Source: Waddliaceae bacterium
Lineage (GTDB): Bacteria; Chlamydiota; Chlamydiia; Chlamydiales; Waddliaceae
Assembly (NCBI GenBank): GCA_963724325.1
Contig: CAVRUH010000011.1
Coordinates: forward strand, 1 to 64,000
Length of the DNA: 64,000 nucleotides
Direction: 5' to 3'
Shown one piece after another: positions 36,264-46,483 of this stretch (positions are counted from its first letter, which is position 1; the number at the start of each line of letters is the position of its first letter). The notes beneath the pieces are model-generated. The model did no database searches, was not told the DNA's origin, and saw only the letters and a list, made by a program, of their open reading frames with translations. Made by a program: the position numbers and the translations under genes.

Positions 36264-37574
36264 ATGAATTTGAAATACATCGCACATATACTCGGATTGG
36301 ATTTTGAGGAGGATGCAAGGCCTTTAGGTTATTGCGTCGATAGTCGTTGCTTGAAGGCGGGAGACCTTTTTTTTGCACTGAAGGGCGCCTGTGTTGATGG
36401 ACACACATATTTGCCCGAAGTTCAAGAAAAAGGGGCTGTAGGTGCTATTGTGAGTGATAAATTTCAGGGGACAGTAGAAGGTCTTCCATTATTAAAAGTC
36501 CCCGATGTTTTGTTGGCATTGCAACGATTGGCGCAGCATCGACTGAGTGAATTGCCCATGAAAATAGTTGCCATTACTGGTTCTGTAGGAAAAACTACCA
36601 CAAAAGACTTCACTTCTACTCTTTTGGCTGAAAAGTATCGAATTGCCTCATTTAAGGGGAATCCAAACTCGCAAATTGGTCTGCCAACAGCGATTTTAAA
36701 TGCCGATTTTTTTGAGAAAGAAGTATTAATCGTCGAAATGGGTATGGAATTGCCTGGTGAAATTGCCCGATTGACTCAGATTGCCCCGCCGGATATTGGT
36801 TTAATTACTATGACTGCGTTTGTGTGTGGTGCCAAGAATTTCGATTCATTAGAAGCTGTTGGCAGGGCAAAAGCAGAGATTTTTTCTCATCCACGGACGA
36901 AATTGGGTATTTTATCGCATGAAATTGTTAATTTTGATGAATTATGTCCCTTGCATGGACAATCTTTTTCGGTCGTTTCGCCTGAAGCTGATTTCTATCT
37001 TAAAGAAAATTCTAAAGGATTTACCATCAATGGTATAGAATTTGATTCACTGCCTGTGCCTGGCAAGCATAATCTGTCGAATTTTCTAGCAGCTTGCTCT
37101 GTTGCTCGGAATATGGGTTTGAGTTGGGAGGAAATTAGAAGGGGAGCATCCAAATTAGCTCTTCCCGAAAGAAGATTTCAAATATGTGAAATTAATGGTG
37201 CCACATTTGTCAATGATTCTTATAATGCGAGTGTGGTCTCGGTGAACGCAGCATTGATGAGTCTGCCGATGCCGCAAGCTGGAGGAAAAAAGATTGCTTG
37301 TATTGGAGAGTTGCCGGGACTTGGACCATTCTCGGAAAATTGCCACAGAGAGGTAGGGAAAAAGGCTTTGGAGCATGTTGATTTAATGCTATGTTTGGGA
37401 GAAGGGTGTGCGCCGATTATTAATTGTTGGAAAGAGGCAAATCGGCCTGCTTATCTTTTTCAAGATAGGATTAGGCTTGTAGATGCATTGAGAACCCTTT
37501 TTACTAAAGGTGACGTTATACTTTTGAAAGGCGGGAATTTAAAACAAATGTGGAAGGTATTAGAGGAATTATAG
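36264..37574 (+). CDS. murF: UDP-MurNAc-tripeptide--D-Ala-D-Ala ligase
   Basis: VDSR..GDLFFALKG..DGH, ITGSVGKTTTK, NDSYNAS; first gene of the dcw cluster. Confidence 0.93.
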   Translation: MNLKYIAHILGLDFEEDARPLGYCVDSRCLKAGDLFFALKGACVDGHTYLPEVQEKGAVGAIVSDKFQGTVEGLPLLKVPDVLLALQRLAQHRLSELPMKIVAITGSVGKTTTKDFTSTLLAEKYRIASFKGNPNSQIGLPTAILNADFFEKEVLIVEMGMELPGEIARLTQIAPPDIGLITMTAFVCGAKNFDSLEAVGRAKAEIFSHPRTKLGILSHEIVNFDELCPLHGQSFSVVSPEADFYLKENSKGFTINGIEFDSLPVPGKHNLSNFLAACSVARNMGLSWEEIRRGASKLALPERRFQICEINGATFVNDSYNASVVSVNAALMSLPMPQAGGKKIACIGELPGLGPFSENCHREVGKKALEHVDLMLCLGEGCAPIINCWKEANRPAYLFQDRIRLVDALRTLFTKGDVILLKGGNLKQMWKVLEEL

Positions 37575-37575
37575 A

Positions 37576-38766
37576 ATGATTGAGATCATTATTCATACGC
37601 TGCGCGAGCAATTCGGATTGAAAATACCTATGGTTCTTTCTTATACGTCGACTAGAATGATGTTAGCTGCAATGACGGCACTTATCATCAGCATATTCCT
37701 TGGACCCCGTTTCATAAAAAAATTATATGAACTCAAAATTGGTCAATCTATTAGGACAGAAGATTGTCCCCTTTTAGGAGAGCTTCATGCGAAAAAAAAG
37801 GATACTCCAACAATGGGTGGAATCCTCATTTTGTTCGCGATGTTTGCATCTATGCTGTTGTGGATGGATCTGAAGAATATTTTCACTCTGATTTTTTTCA
37901 TCACGACCCTCGTTCTGGGCTCCATAGGTGCTTCTGACGATTACTTAAAGTTAAAGTACAAGAATACAAAGGGGCTCTCTGGTAAGAAAAAACTTCTTGG
38001 TCAGGTGGTTGTCTCAGCACTTTTGGCTCTGTACTTGCTGAGTCCCGCCATCAATAATTCTTTACATATTGGCTCATGGTTTGCTCCGCCTGGGATAAAA
38101 GATGGCGCCCAAAATGTAGTGCCTCTTCAAGAATATGCCTCGCGGATTTATATTCCATTTTTTAAAGAACACCTCATTGAGTTTTCGGGGATCTTTTTGA
38201 TAATGGCCTTCTTTTTCATTGTTTTTGTTGTCACAGGGGCATCAAATGCTGTGAATTTGACGGATGGATTGGATGGATTGGCGGCAGGTTGTTTGATTTT
38301 GGTCGCCTCTTGTTTTGGTGCTATTGCTTTTCTTTCGAATAATACGGACATTTCGAAATATTTGAATATTCAATATGTAGAGGGAAGCGGTGAAATTGCT
38401 GTTTATATGAGTGCTTTTGTCGGGGCATGCATAGGATTTCTTTGGTATAACGGGCATCCGGCGCAAGTGTTTATGGGAGATACGGGCTCATTGGCTCTCG
38501 GTGGAGTGATTGGTGTGACATCAGTTCTTTTGAAAAGGGAATTTTTGTTGGCTATTATTGGCGGAATATTTGTAGCAGAAGCTCTTTCGGTGATTGCGCA
38601 AGTTGCAAGCTACAAGCTACGGAACAAAAAACGGGTCCTTTTGTGTGCACCGTTGCATCATCACTTCGAATACAAAGGATGGCCTGAGACAAAAGTTGTA
38701 ATACGGTTTTGGATTATTGGATTGATATTGGCAATTATTGGCATGGCTTCACTTAAATTTCAATAG
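37576..38766 (+). CDS. mraY: Phospho-N-acetylmuramoyl-pentapeptide transferase
   Basis: KKDTPTMGG, DDYLK, NAVNLTDGLDGL, VFMGDTGS, APLHHHFE. Confidence 0.97.
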   Translation: MIEIIIHTLREQFGLKIPMVLSYTSTRMMLAAMTALIISIFLGPRFIKKLYELKIGQSIRTEDCPLLGELHAKKKDTPTMGGILILFAMFASMLLWMDLKNIFTLIFFITTLVLGSIGASDDYLKLKYKNTKGLSGKKKLLGQVVVSALLALYLLSPAINNSLHIGSWFAPPGIKDGAQNVVPLQEYASRIYIPFFKEHLIEFSGIFLIMAFFFIVFVVTGASNAVNLTDGLDGLAAGCLILVASCFGAIAFLSNNTDISKYLNIQYVEGSGEIAVYMSAFVGACIGFLWYNGHPAQVFMGDTGSLALGGVIGVTSVLLKREFLLAIIGGIFVAEALSVIAQVASYKLRNKKRVLLCAPLHHHFEYKGWPETKVVIRFWIIGLILAIIGMASLKFQ

Positions 38767-38772
38767 GTTATT

Positions 38773-40017
38773 ATGAAAGTTCTAATAGTGGGAATGGGTA
38801 TCAGCGGAAAATCAGCGGCAGAACTCCTTATCCAAAAAGGTCATAAAGTTCATGGAGTAGATAGAAACTATGAATCGATCATTGTGGACCATATAACCAT
38901 CTCTTCAGACTTGGAACCTATAGATATTTCTGCTTTTGATCTTGTAGTTGCCTCACCTGGAATCCCACCGACTCACCCTATCTTTGTGGCAGCTGAAAAA
39001 TCGGGAGTTGAAATCATTGGTGAAGTTGAGCTGGCCTCTAGATTCATTACGCAAAAGTTCATTGCTATCACTGGGACGAATGGAAAAACTACAGTAACAT
39101 TCATGGTGACCCACATTTTAAACGCTGCGGGAATTCCGGCACGAGCGCTTGGGAATGTTGGCATGCCGCTTGCTTCAGAATTTCAACATATTAGAAATGA
39201 AATTATTGTGGCCGAACTCAGTTCCTTTCAACTTGATACCCTCTCAAGTAAAATCATTGATCTTGGGGTTATTTTAAATATCACCCCAGACCATCTAGAC
39301 CGGTATACTAATATGGAAGCCTACGCGGCATCGAAAATTCATATGAAAGATTGTATGAAGCCGACGGGAAAATTATTTGTTTTTCAAAAGGCGTTTGATG
39401 AATTTAAACAGCTTTTCGGCAATTTTACTCCTTTTAAATATGATGGGCATAATAAGGAAAATATTGAAACCTTATTGCCAATTTGTTATAGAAGAGGGAT
39501 TAATCACGATATTGAGAATATTATGGCAGCGTATAATCTTTGTCGTGAAGCTGGGGTAAGTGCTGAAGATTTTGTAAAGGGATTGGAGTCGTTTAAAAAA
39601 CCGCCTCACAGAATTGAATTTGTAAGGCGTTTGGGTGAAGTAAATTACTTCAATGATAGCAAGGGAACGAATATTGACGCTGTAATACGAGCTGTAGATA
39701 CCATGGAAGGGAATGTCGTTCTGATAGCAGGCGGAGTTGATAAAGGCTCCACATATATGCCTTGGATTGATTCCTTTGGAATAAAGGTGAAATGTGTATG
39801 TGTGATTGGTGAAGCTGCAGATAAAATTGAAAAAGAGATCTCACACACATTGCAGGTAAAAAAGTTTTCGACTCTTGATGATGCTGTAAAGCATGCCGCA
39901 GAGATTGCAAAGGCCGGTGAAAATGTGTTGTTGTCTCCCGGTTGTTCGAGTTATGATATGTTTAGAAATTATGCTCACAGAGGTGACGAATTTAAAAAAA
40001 TTATTAATAATTTATAA
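38773..40017 (+). CDS. murD: UDP-MurNAc-L-Ala--D-Glu ligase
   Basis: ITGTNGKTT, ELSSFQL, DHLDRY, NDSKGTN, LLSPGCSSYDMF. Confidence 0.97.
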   Translation: MKVLIVGMGISGKSAAELLIQKGHKVHGVDRNYESIIVDHITISSDLEPIDISAFDLVVASPGIPPTHPIFVAAEKSGVEIIGEVELASRFITQKFIAITGTNGKTTVTFMVTHILNAAGIPARALGNVGMPLASEFQHIRNEIIVAELSSFQLDTLSSKIIDLGVILNITPDHLDRYTNMEAYAASKIHMKDCMKPTGKLFVFQKAFDEFKQLFGNFTPFKYDGHNKENIETLLPICYRRGINHDIENIMAAYNLCREAGVSAEDFVKGLESFKKPPHRIEFVRRLGEVNYFNDSKGTNIDAVIRAVDTMEGNVVLIAGGVDKGSTYMPWIDSFGIKVKCVCVIGEAADKIEKEISHTLQVKKFSTLDDAVKHAAEIAKAGENVLLSPGCSSYDMFRNYAHRGDEFKKIINNL

Positions 40018-40036
40018 TAAATTAAGAGGTTTATAA

Positions 40037-40696
40037 ATGAGTAAAAAGGATACGGTGATTATAGCAGCATTGGTTAATACAGGCCTCTTGGCCTTGGTTT
40101 TTATGCTAGCAACTACAACAGATATCGAAGTCGTCAGCGGATTGCAAAACGTTGATCACAGCATAGTGGAAACTGAAAGAACGGCTCAAATTGAGGAAAA
40201 AACAATGTCGCCTCTGACCCAAATTGCCTCCAAAGATGAGCTGGATGAAGTTCTAAAAAATTATGCACAAGCTATTGAAGTCCCCCCCGTTCCTAAAGAT
40301 GAGGCCAAACCGATTGAAGCAGCAAAGCCTGATGAGAAATATGTGGATGTAACAGTAAAACGTGGTGACTCTTTAGACAAAATCGCTCGTGCGAATGGCA
40401 CTTCCGTTGCTGAAATCATGAAAATCAATCAGTTGAAAAATGAGCGGTTGGATATCGGACAGGTTCTTCGTGTAGCAGTGACTAAGAAAAAAGACACACC
40501 AGCTAAAGCAAATCCAATTGCAATGGCAAACACACCTTCAAAAGGGCCTGAATACTACACAATGAAAAGTGGAGATAGTCCATGGAAAATAGCCAAAGAT
40601 CGTCAGGTTCCCTTTGAGCAATTACTGAAACTGAATAATCTCGACGAAGCGAAAGCACGTAATTTAAAGCCCGGCGACGTTTTGCGTATAAAGTAG
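40037..40696 (+). CDS. Membrane-anchored double-LysM protein (chlamydial NlpD-like)
   Basis: N-terminal TM; VKRGDSLDKIA and MKSGDSPWKIA LysM repeats; lies between murD and ftsW. Confidence 0.9.
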   Translation: MSKKDTVIIAALVNTGLLALVFMLATTTDIEVVSGLQNVDHSIVETERTAQIEEKTMSPLTQIASKDELDEVLKNYAQAIEVPPVPKDEAKPIEAAKPDEKYVDVTVKRGDSLDKIARANGTSVAEIMKINQLKNERLDIGQVLRVAVTKKKDTPAKANPIAMANTPSKGPEYYTMKSGDSPWKIAKDRQVPFEQLLKLNNLDEAKARNLKPGDVLRIK

Positions 40697-40708
40697 ACGC
40701 ATAAATAT

Positions 40709-41785
40709 ATGAGATATCTTTTTTTATTAGCTGTTACAGCCGTTTTTGCCATGGGTTTGGTAATGATCTACAGTACCACCTCGGCAGAAATTCTCGATCT
40801 TGACCTGAGTCTGAATGAACACCATGCTTTTGCGAAACAGATAATGTTTGCAGTTGTAGGGATATCCATGGGAGTTGTTACTTACCGTGTAGGATATAGA
40901 AAATTTATTGAAATCAGCCCAGCATTATTGGTGCTTTTTTCAATATTGTTAATTTTGACTCTTATTCCTGGAATAGGTCGAGTTGTGAATGGGTCTCGTC
41001 GATGGCTAGGTGTGGGAGGCTTTTCATTCCAACCCTCAGAGTTCGTAAAATATATTATCCCAGCATATTTCATACATCAATATCTATTGATGAAGGAATT
41101 CGACTACCGAAAATTTCTTAAAATTATTGTTGCAGCAGTTATTCCAATGGGTTTAGTATTAATTGAGCCCAACAATGGCACCGTGGTGGTACTTGGAATG
41201 ACCCTTGTTGTGATGTTTCTTTTAACAAGAGTGCCCCTGAAATTTTATGCATGGCCGCTTCTAGCTATAATGCTTGTGGGTGCGGTCTTCGCATACAATT
41301 CTCCTTATGTGTCGGGAAGATTAAAAGTATATTTGAACGCTGAACTCGATCTGCGAGGTAAAGGCCATCAACCTTACCAGGCGAAAATTGCTACAGGTTC
41401 AGGTAATTTTCTTGGGCTTGGTCCGGGAAATAGCTGGCAAAAATTGAGCTTTCTTCCCGAAGCACAAAACGATTACATTGCAGCTGTGTTTGCTGAAGAA
41501 TATGGATTTTTCGGAATTATCCTATTAATTTCTTGTTACATGTTCATGGCCTATTTAGGTTTTCATATCGCAGCTCATGCTAAAGATGAATATGGATTCT
41601 ATTTAGGTTCTGCTGCAACTTTTCTGATTTGCATGCAAGCATTTCTTAATCTAGGAGTCGTTTCGGGCTTGCTTCCGAGTACGGGTCTTAATTTACCGTT
41701 TTTTAGTCAAGGAGGTTCTTCGTTGATGTCTAATTTTATTGGTGTGGGACTGCTTCTAAGCGTGCATCGGGAGGAATATGCGTAA
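40709..41785 (+). CDS. ftsW: SEDS peptidoglycan glycosyltransferase FtsW
   Basis: NGSRRWL, FQPSEFVK, LPEAQNDYI, LPFFSQGGSS. Confidence 0.95.
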   Translation: MRYLFLLAVTAVFAMGLVMIYSTTSAEILDLDLSLNEHHAFAKQIMFAVVGISMGVVTYRVGYRKFIEISPALLVLFSILLILTLIPGIGRVVNGSRRWLGVGGFSFQPSEFVKYIIPAYFIHQYLLMKEFDYRKFLKIIVAAVIPMGLVLIEPNNGTVVVLGMTLVVMFLLTRVPLKFYAWPLLAIMLVGAVFAYNSPYVSGRLKVYLNAELDLRGKGHQPYQAKIATGSGNFLGLGPGNSWQKLSFLPEAQNDYIAAVFAEEYGFFGIILLISCYMFMAYLGFHIAAHAKDEYGFYLGSAATFLICMQAFLNLGVVSGLLPSTGLNLPFFSQGGSSLMSNFIGVGLLLSVHREEYA

Positions 41786-42854
41786 GAAAAGAGTGATTAT
41801 AGCTGCAGGAGGGACTGGAGGACACATTTATCCAGCAATGTCTTTAGGGAAAGAACTTCTAGAAAAGGGTTTGGAAGTACATTTTGCTGGCGGAGGCCTG
41901 AAAAATAATCAATATTTTGACAGAAATATATTTCCATATACTGAAATTACAAGTGGATTTTTATCGACAAAAAACCCACTCAAGTTACTGCGTGGAATGC
42001 TGCAAGTCGCTTGGGGGATTACTCAAAGTAGAAAATTATTGAAATCATTTGCTCCAGATATGGTCATTGGATTTGGAAGCTATCACACATTTCCTATTTT
42101 ATTGGCAGCAAAATATAGCTCTGTCCCCATTATTCTCCACGAGCAAAATGCTATTCCAGGAAGAGTCAACAGAATATTCGCACCCTCAGCCCTATTTACC
42201 GCAATATCCATTCCAGATGCAGAAAAGAAAATCCCAGGAAAATGTAACGTCGTAGAAATGCCTCTCAAAATAAAATCACGATTTACAAAAGATGTCGCAC
42301 GAAAGCATTTTAATCTCAACCCAGATGTAAAAACTCTGCTTATTTTTGGGGGATCGCAAGGTGCCGAAGGTATTAATCGGGCCCTCCTGCATATGGTGCC
42401 AAATATCAAAGAAATGCAAGTCATTCATTTTACTGGAGATCCAACAACGAGCACTCAGGCTAGAAAACTCTATCTTGAGAACTCAATTCCAGCCTGCGTC
42501 AAGGAATTTGAAAATCGAATGGATCTAGCTTGGTCAGCAGCCGACCTGGCTATCACAAGATCCGGTGCAAGCACTATTGCCGAGGCTATTCAGTACGAGG
42601 TTCCCTTGATTATGATCCCATTTCCTCGTGCTATGGATAACCATCAAGATAAAAATGCCGATTTCATGATCAATACTGTCGGGGGAGGTTTTAAAATTAA
42701 TGAACAGAAAGCTCATGGCCCGCAATTTTTTCAATTGCTACACGAAATACCCATAGAAAAAATGACCCGTTCCATATTAGAATACAAAAAAAACTATGGT
42801 GCTACAGGTCTTAGTTCATTAATTCTCGATGCATTAGGAGAAAAAAAATGTTAA
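41778..42854 (+). CDS. murG: Lipid II GlcNAc transferase MurG
   Basis: GGTGGHIYPA, HEQN, GGSQGA, RSGAST. Confidence 0.97.
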   Translation: MRKKRVIIAAGGTGGHIYPAMSLGKELLEKGLEVHFAGGGLKNNQYFDRNIFPYTEITSGFLSTKNPLKLLRGMLQVAWGITQSRKLLKSFAPDMVIGFGSYHTFPILLAAKYSSVPIILHEQNAIPGRVNRIFAPSALFTAISIPDAEKKIPGKCNVVEMPLKIKSRFTKDVARKHFNLNPDVKTLLIFGGSQGAEGINRALLHMVPNIKEMQVIHFTGDPTTSTQARKLYLENSIPACVKEFENRMDLAWSAADLAITRSGASTIAEAIQYEVPLIMIPFPRAMDNHQDKNADFMINTVGGGFKINEQKAHGPQFFQLLHEIPIEKMTRSILEYKKNYGATGLSSLILDALGEKKC

Positions 42855-45190
42855 AAAAATGTCATTTTATAGGGATTGGCGGAATTGGTATGAGCGGCTT
42901 AGCAAAACTACTCCTACAAAAAAAATCCATAGTCACAGGAAGTGATCTTGCAGAAAGCTACACGACAGAAAAACTAATCCAACAGGGCGCTACTATCCAC
43001 GTGGGGCACTGCGGCTCCTATGTAACTCCAGACCTTACCGTAATTTACTCAACAGATATTAAGCCTGATAATCCTGAATATATCGCTGCCATTCAAAAGA
43101 AATGTAATGTCATCCATCGCTCAGATCTCCTCAAATTGCTTATGGAAGAAAAAAAAGCAATTGCCGTTACAGGAACGCATGGCAAAACCACCACGACCTC
43201 TTTGCTGACCTGCGTTCTCAAAGAATCCGGAGCCGATCCCTCCTTCGCCGTGGGAGGAATTATTCCTCAATACGATTCCAATGCCGGGCATGGTTGTGGA
43301 GATCACTTCGTGCTCGAAGCTGATGAAAGCGATGGGACTTTTCTTAAGTATCTGCCCTATGGAGCCATCATTACAAACATAGGTCTAGATCACATGAATC
43401 ACTTCGGCAGCGAGGAAATTCTTGTACAAGCTTTTGAAACCTTTATGCATCAGGTTCAATCTCATGAACATCTTTTCTGGTGCGGCGATGATTATCGGCT
43501 CCAAAATATTGCTAGGAAAGGAGTCTCATATGGATTTTCACCAAATTGCGATTTAATTGTTCAAAATGCAAGGCAAGAGGGATGGAGCACCTTTTTTGAT
43601 GCTATATATAAAGGAAAAAAATATCAAAATATAGAGCTGAATCTCATAGGTCGACACAATATCCTCAATGCGTTAGCCGTTTTTGGCCTCTGTATTCAAT
43701 TGGGCATTGAAGAAGCAGCCATCCGAAAGGTATTTAGGGAATTCAAAGGTGTAAAGAGACGTGCTGAAAAAAAAGGGGAGCACCATGGGGTTCTTGTCAT
43801 TGACGATTATGCGCATCATCCGACAGAAATTAAAACAACTCTAAAGGGTATCAGGGAGGCCATTGGAGAAAGACGCCTAGTTGTGGTCTTTCAACCCCAT
43901 CGTTATTCTCGCACACGCGATTGTCTTGGAACGTATGGTTCTATCTTCGAAGAAGCCGACAAATTAATCGTGACCGATATCTATTCTGCTCATGAAGAAC
44001 CCATATCTGGTGTAAGCGTCGAAAAAGTGATGGAAGATATCAAATTACCCGCCGCATATATTTCAAGAGTTCATCTTACACAAACATTATCGACAATTGT
44101 CCGTCCGCACGACGTTGTTGTTACTCTTGGAGCCGGAGATGTAACAAAAATTGGTGCAGAACTTCTTGAACTTCTACGAAAAAACGGCGTCACTAAATAT
44201 CAAGTAGGTGTTGTCTATGGGGGCCGTTCATCCGAACACGAGGTATCTGTGCTTTCCAGCAGATTTATGATCGATAATCTCAAACAAGACCTTTACGATG
44301 TGCATGAATTTGCCATAAGCAAAGAGGGAACTTGGAACAACGGAGATCAGAATATTTCACACGAAGTAATGACTCAAGTTCAAAAGTGCGATCTTTTTAT
44401 TCCGATCACTCACGGTAATTTTGGAGAAGATGGCACCCTTCAGGGATTTTTCGAGATGCTCGATAAGCCCTATACAGGGCCCGATCATCGGTCCTGCGCC
44501 ATATGCATGGATAAGGGCCTTTTAAAAGCAGTCTGGTTAAACCACGGAATTCGAACATCTCCTTTCATCGTTTTCACCCAGTTCCAATGGAATAATGAGC
44601 GCAATTCCATCATTTCTCAAATCCATCACAAGCTTCAATATCCAGTTTATGTTAAAGGTCCCCACTTAGGGTCCAGCATAGCCGTTTCTAGAGTAGAAAA
44701 TGAAAATCAACTTGATGCTGCAGTCGATCTAGTGATGAAATACGATTCGCAAATTCTTGTTGAAAACGAAGTCAAAGGTCGAGAAATCGAATTTGCTGTT
44801 TTGGGGAATGATCGTATAAGTGTATTTGATCCAGGAGAAGTGTCTCGCTCCGGAGACATCTATAGCTATGATGATAAATACACGGAAAATGGCCCTCCTT
44901 CTATCCTAAAAGCTGATCTTTCACCAGAAACATTGGCGCGTGGAAAAGAGATCGTAAAAGAGGCCTATCGGCTAGCAGGATGCAGCGTGTTTTCCCGAGT
45001 CGATACCTTTTTTACCGAAGATGGAAATTTCCTAATGAACGAAATCAATCCTTTACCAGGATGCACTCCATATAGCATGTTTCCGAAAATGTGCGAGGCA
45101 AATGGTCTGAATGGACCGGAACTGCTAGACCGTATTGTAGTTCTTGCCCTTGAAAGAAAACGGATGCAACAGAAATATTCCAATGTTTGA
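42848..45190 (+). CDS. murC: MurC-Ddl fusion (UDP-MurNAc--Ala ligase / D-Ala--D-Ala ligase)
   Basis: GIGGIGMSG, GTHGKTTT, EADESD and DDYAHHPTE, followed by GGRSSEHEVS, HGNFGEDG and NEINPLPG. The fusion is characteristic of chlamydiae. Confidence 0.96.
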   Translation: MLKKCHFIGIGGIGMSGLAKLLLQKKSIVTGSDLAESYTTEKLIQQGATIHVGHCGSYVTPDLTVIYSTDIKPDNPEYIAAIQKKCNVIHRSDLLKLLMEEKKAIAVTGTHGKTTTTSLLTCVLKESGADPSFAVGGIIPQYDSNAGHGCGDHFVLEADESDGTFLKYLPYGAIITNIGLDHMNHFGSEEILVQAFETFMHQVQSHEHLFWCGDDYRLQNIARKGVSYGFSPNCDLIVQNARQEGWSTFFDAIYKGKKYQNIELNLIGRHNILNALAVFGLCIQLGIEEAAIRKVFREFKGVKRRAEKKGEHHGVLVIDDYAHHPTEIKTTLKGIREAIGERRLVVVFQPHRYSRTRDCLGTYGSIFEEADKLIVTDIYSAHEEPISGVSVEKVMEDIKLPAAYISRVHLTQTLSTIVRPHDVVVTLGAGDVTKIGAELLELLRKNGVTKYQVGVVYGGRSSEHEVSVLSSRFMIDNLKQDLYDVHEFAISKEGTWNNGDQNISHEVMTQVQKCDLFIPITHGNFGEDGTLQGFFEMLDKPYTGPDHRSCAICMDKGLLKAVWLNHGIRTSPFIVFTQFQWNNERNSIISQIHHKLQYPVYVKGPHLGSSIAVSRVENENQLDAAVDLVMKYDSQILVENEVKGREIEFAVLGNDRISVFDPGEVSRSGDIYSYDDKYTENGPPSILKADLSPETLARGKEIVKEAYRLAGCSVFSRVDTFFTEDGNFLMNEINPLPGCTPYSMFPKMCEANGLNGPELLDRIVVLALERKRMQQKYSNV

Positions 45191-45992
45191 TGAATCGAAT
45201 AATAAGCTGCCGATCAAAAGAGCCATTTCTTGGATATTGCTCTCCACGTTGCTGATTACCGGAACTCCGGTAGGCGCCCTGCTTTATTTCAAGCATCTTC
45301 GCAATCAAATGGAAAATGATAGTAAATATAATATCATTGCTATTGTCCAGCTAGGATCCGATAAAGACACTTTAAAAACTGAGTATTTAGCGGAACTGCT
45401 GGATCTCTCGAACAGTAAACCTACTAATCTCTATAAATTAAGCCTAGCAGATGCCAAAAAACGATTATTGAAGAGTCCATTGATTGCTTCTGTCGAGATC
45501 AAAAGGGTAAAGCCCGGCACCCTATATATTGATTACCGTGTAAGAAAACCCATTGCATATCTTGCAGATTTCACCAATACCGCTGTAGATAAAGATGGAT
45601 GCCTCATTCCCTTTACTCCATTTTTTACTCCAAAAAATCTTCCAGAAATCGTTTTGGGCTCACTTGAAAACTGCATTTGGGGAACACAGTTGAAAGGTGA
45701 GGAATTTGAGTGGGCTTTAAATTTTTTGCAAGAAAATCCACATCTGAACATTAGGCGGATCGATCTTTCCCAATATCATGCTTCCAGCTTTGGGAGAAAA
45801 GAGGTTGTTCTTGTTTTAGAATCCGCGGAGACCCGCATTTTGAGACTCTCAACGGAGAATATTCCCACTCAGCTCGAAAGCTATCATATTCTCGACCAAC
45901 GCCTCCATCACGACCCCATCACCGCCCAAACTCTCATCATCGACCTCCGCATTCCTCGACTAGCCTTCGTCAAATTATGGAGCGATCTCTAA
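45183..45992 (+). CDS. ftsQ: FtsQ/DivIB-like POTRA protein
   Basis: Single N-terminal TM, POTRA-like LLKSPLIASVEIKRVKPGTLYIDYRVRKPIA, C-terminal IDLR; last gene of the dcw cluster. Confidence 0.8.
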   Translation: MFDESNNKLPIKRAISWILLSTLLITGTPVGALLYFKHLRNQMENDSKYNIIAIVQLGSDKDTLKTEYLAELLDLSNSKPTNLYKLSLADAKKRLLKSPLIASVEIKRVKPGTLYIDYRVRKPIAYLADFTNTAVDKDGCLIPFTPFFTPKNLPEIVLGSLENCIWGTQLKGEEFEWALNFLQENPHLNIRRIDLSQYHASSFGRKEVVLVLESAETRILRLSTENIPTQLESYHILDQRLHHDPITAQTLIIDLRIPRLAFVKLWSDL

Positions 45993-46336
45993 ACGATTGC
46001 TCGCTTGCGGCGCGTGCGCTGGGGTTGAAAGGGCATGCGAACGCCATTTTTAAAGATTGGAAGAATTTGTTCGTGTGGTTTTTCATTCTCTTCTATCCAG
46101 AGGTCATACTTTTGCTGTAAATTCAACCATAATTGCGGACTTGTATCAAACGCTTCGGCTAGTTTTAATCCTATGGATGGGGTGATGCTCGCATGACCTG
46201 TTCGAATTTTGAAAAGTGTATTACGTGTAATTCCCAAATGATCGGCCAGTTCTTGTAAATTCAACTGGAGCGTTTTAATATAATGCTCTTCCAAAATCCT
46301 TCCAGGATGGTTTGGCTTCCTACTTTTTACTTTCAT
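45989..46336 (-). CDS. higA: HigA-family antitoxin (orphan)
   Basis: PNHPGRIL, HTH region, AFDTSPQLWLNLQQKYDLW; AGGAG RBS before ATG 46336. Confidence 0.9.
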   Translation of the reverse strand: MKVKSRKPNHPGRILEEHYIKTLQLNLQELADHLGITRNTLFKIRTGHASITPSIGLKLAEAFDTSPQLWLNLQQKYDLWIEENEKPHEQILPIFKNGVRMPFQPQRTRRKRAIV

Positions 46337-46395
46337 AATCAATCTCCTAAATGTCTTAATAACCATACAGCTACCATGCGTCTATATTTCCTGAG

Positions 46396-46414
46396 TGTAA
46401 CCTAAATGGTTACA
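46396..46414. promoter_or_regulatory. Palindromic operator upstream of higA
   Basis: TGTAACC-TAAAT-GGTTACA. Confidence 0.6.
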
Positions 46415-46483
46415 TGGAGTTAATTGAAATTTTATGAATTCTATAATTGATAAAATATATCTTGTTTGGTAGAATTTCTTCCT

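Noticed and set aside
42848..45190. MurC-Ddl fusion as a novelty
   Set aside because: This is an established feature of chlamydiae.
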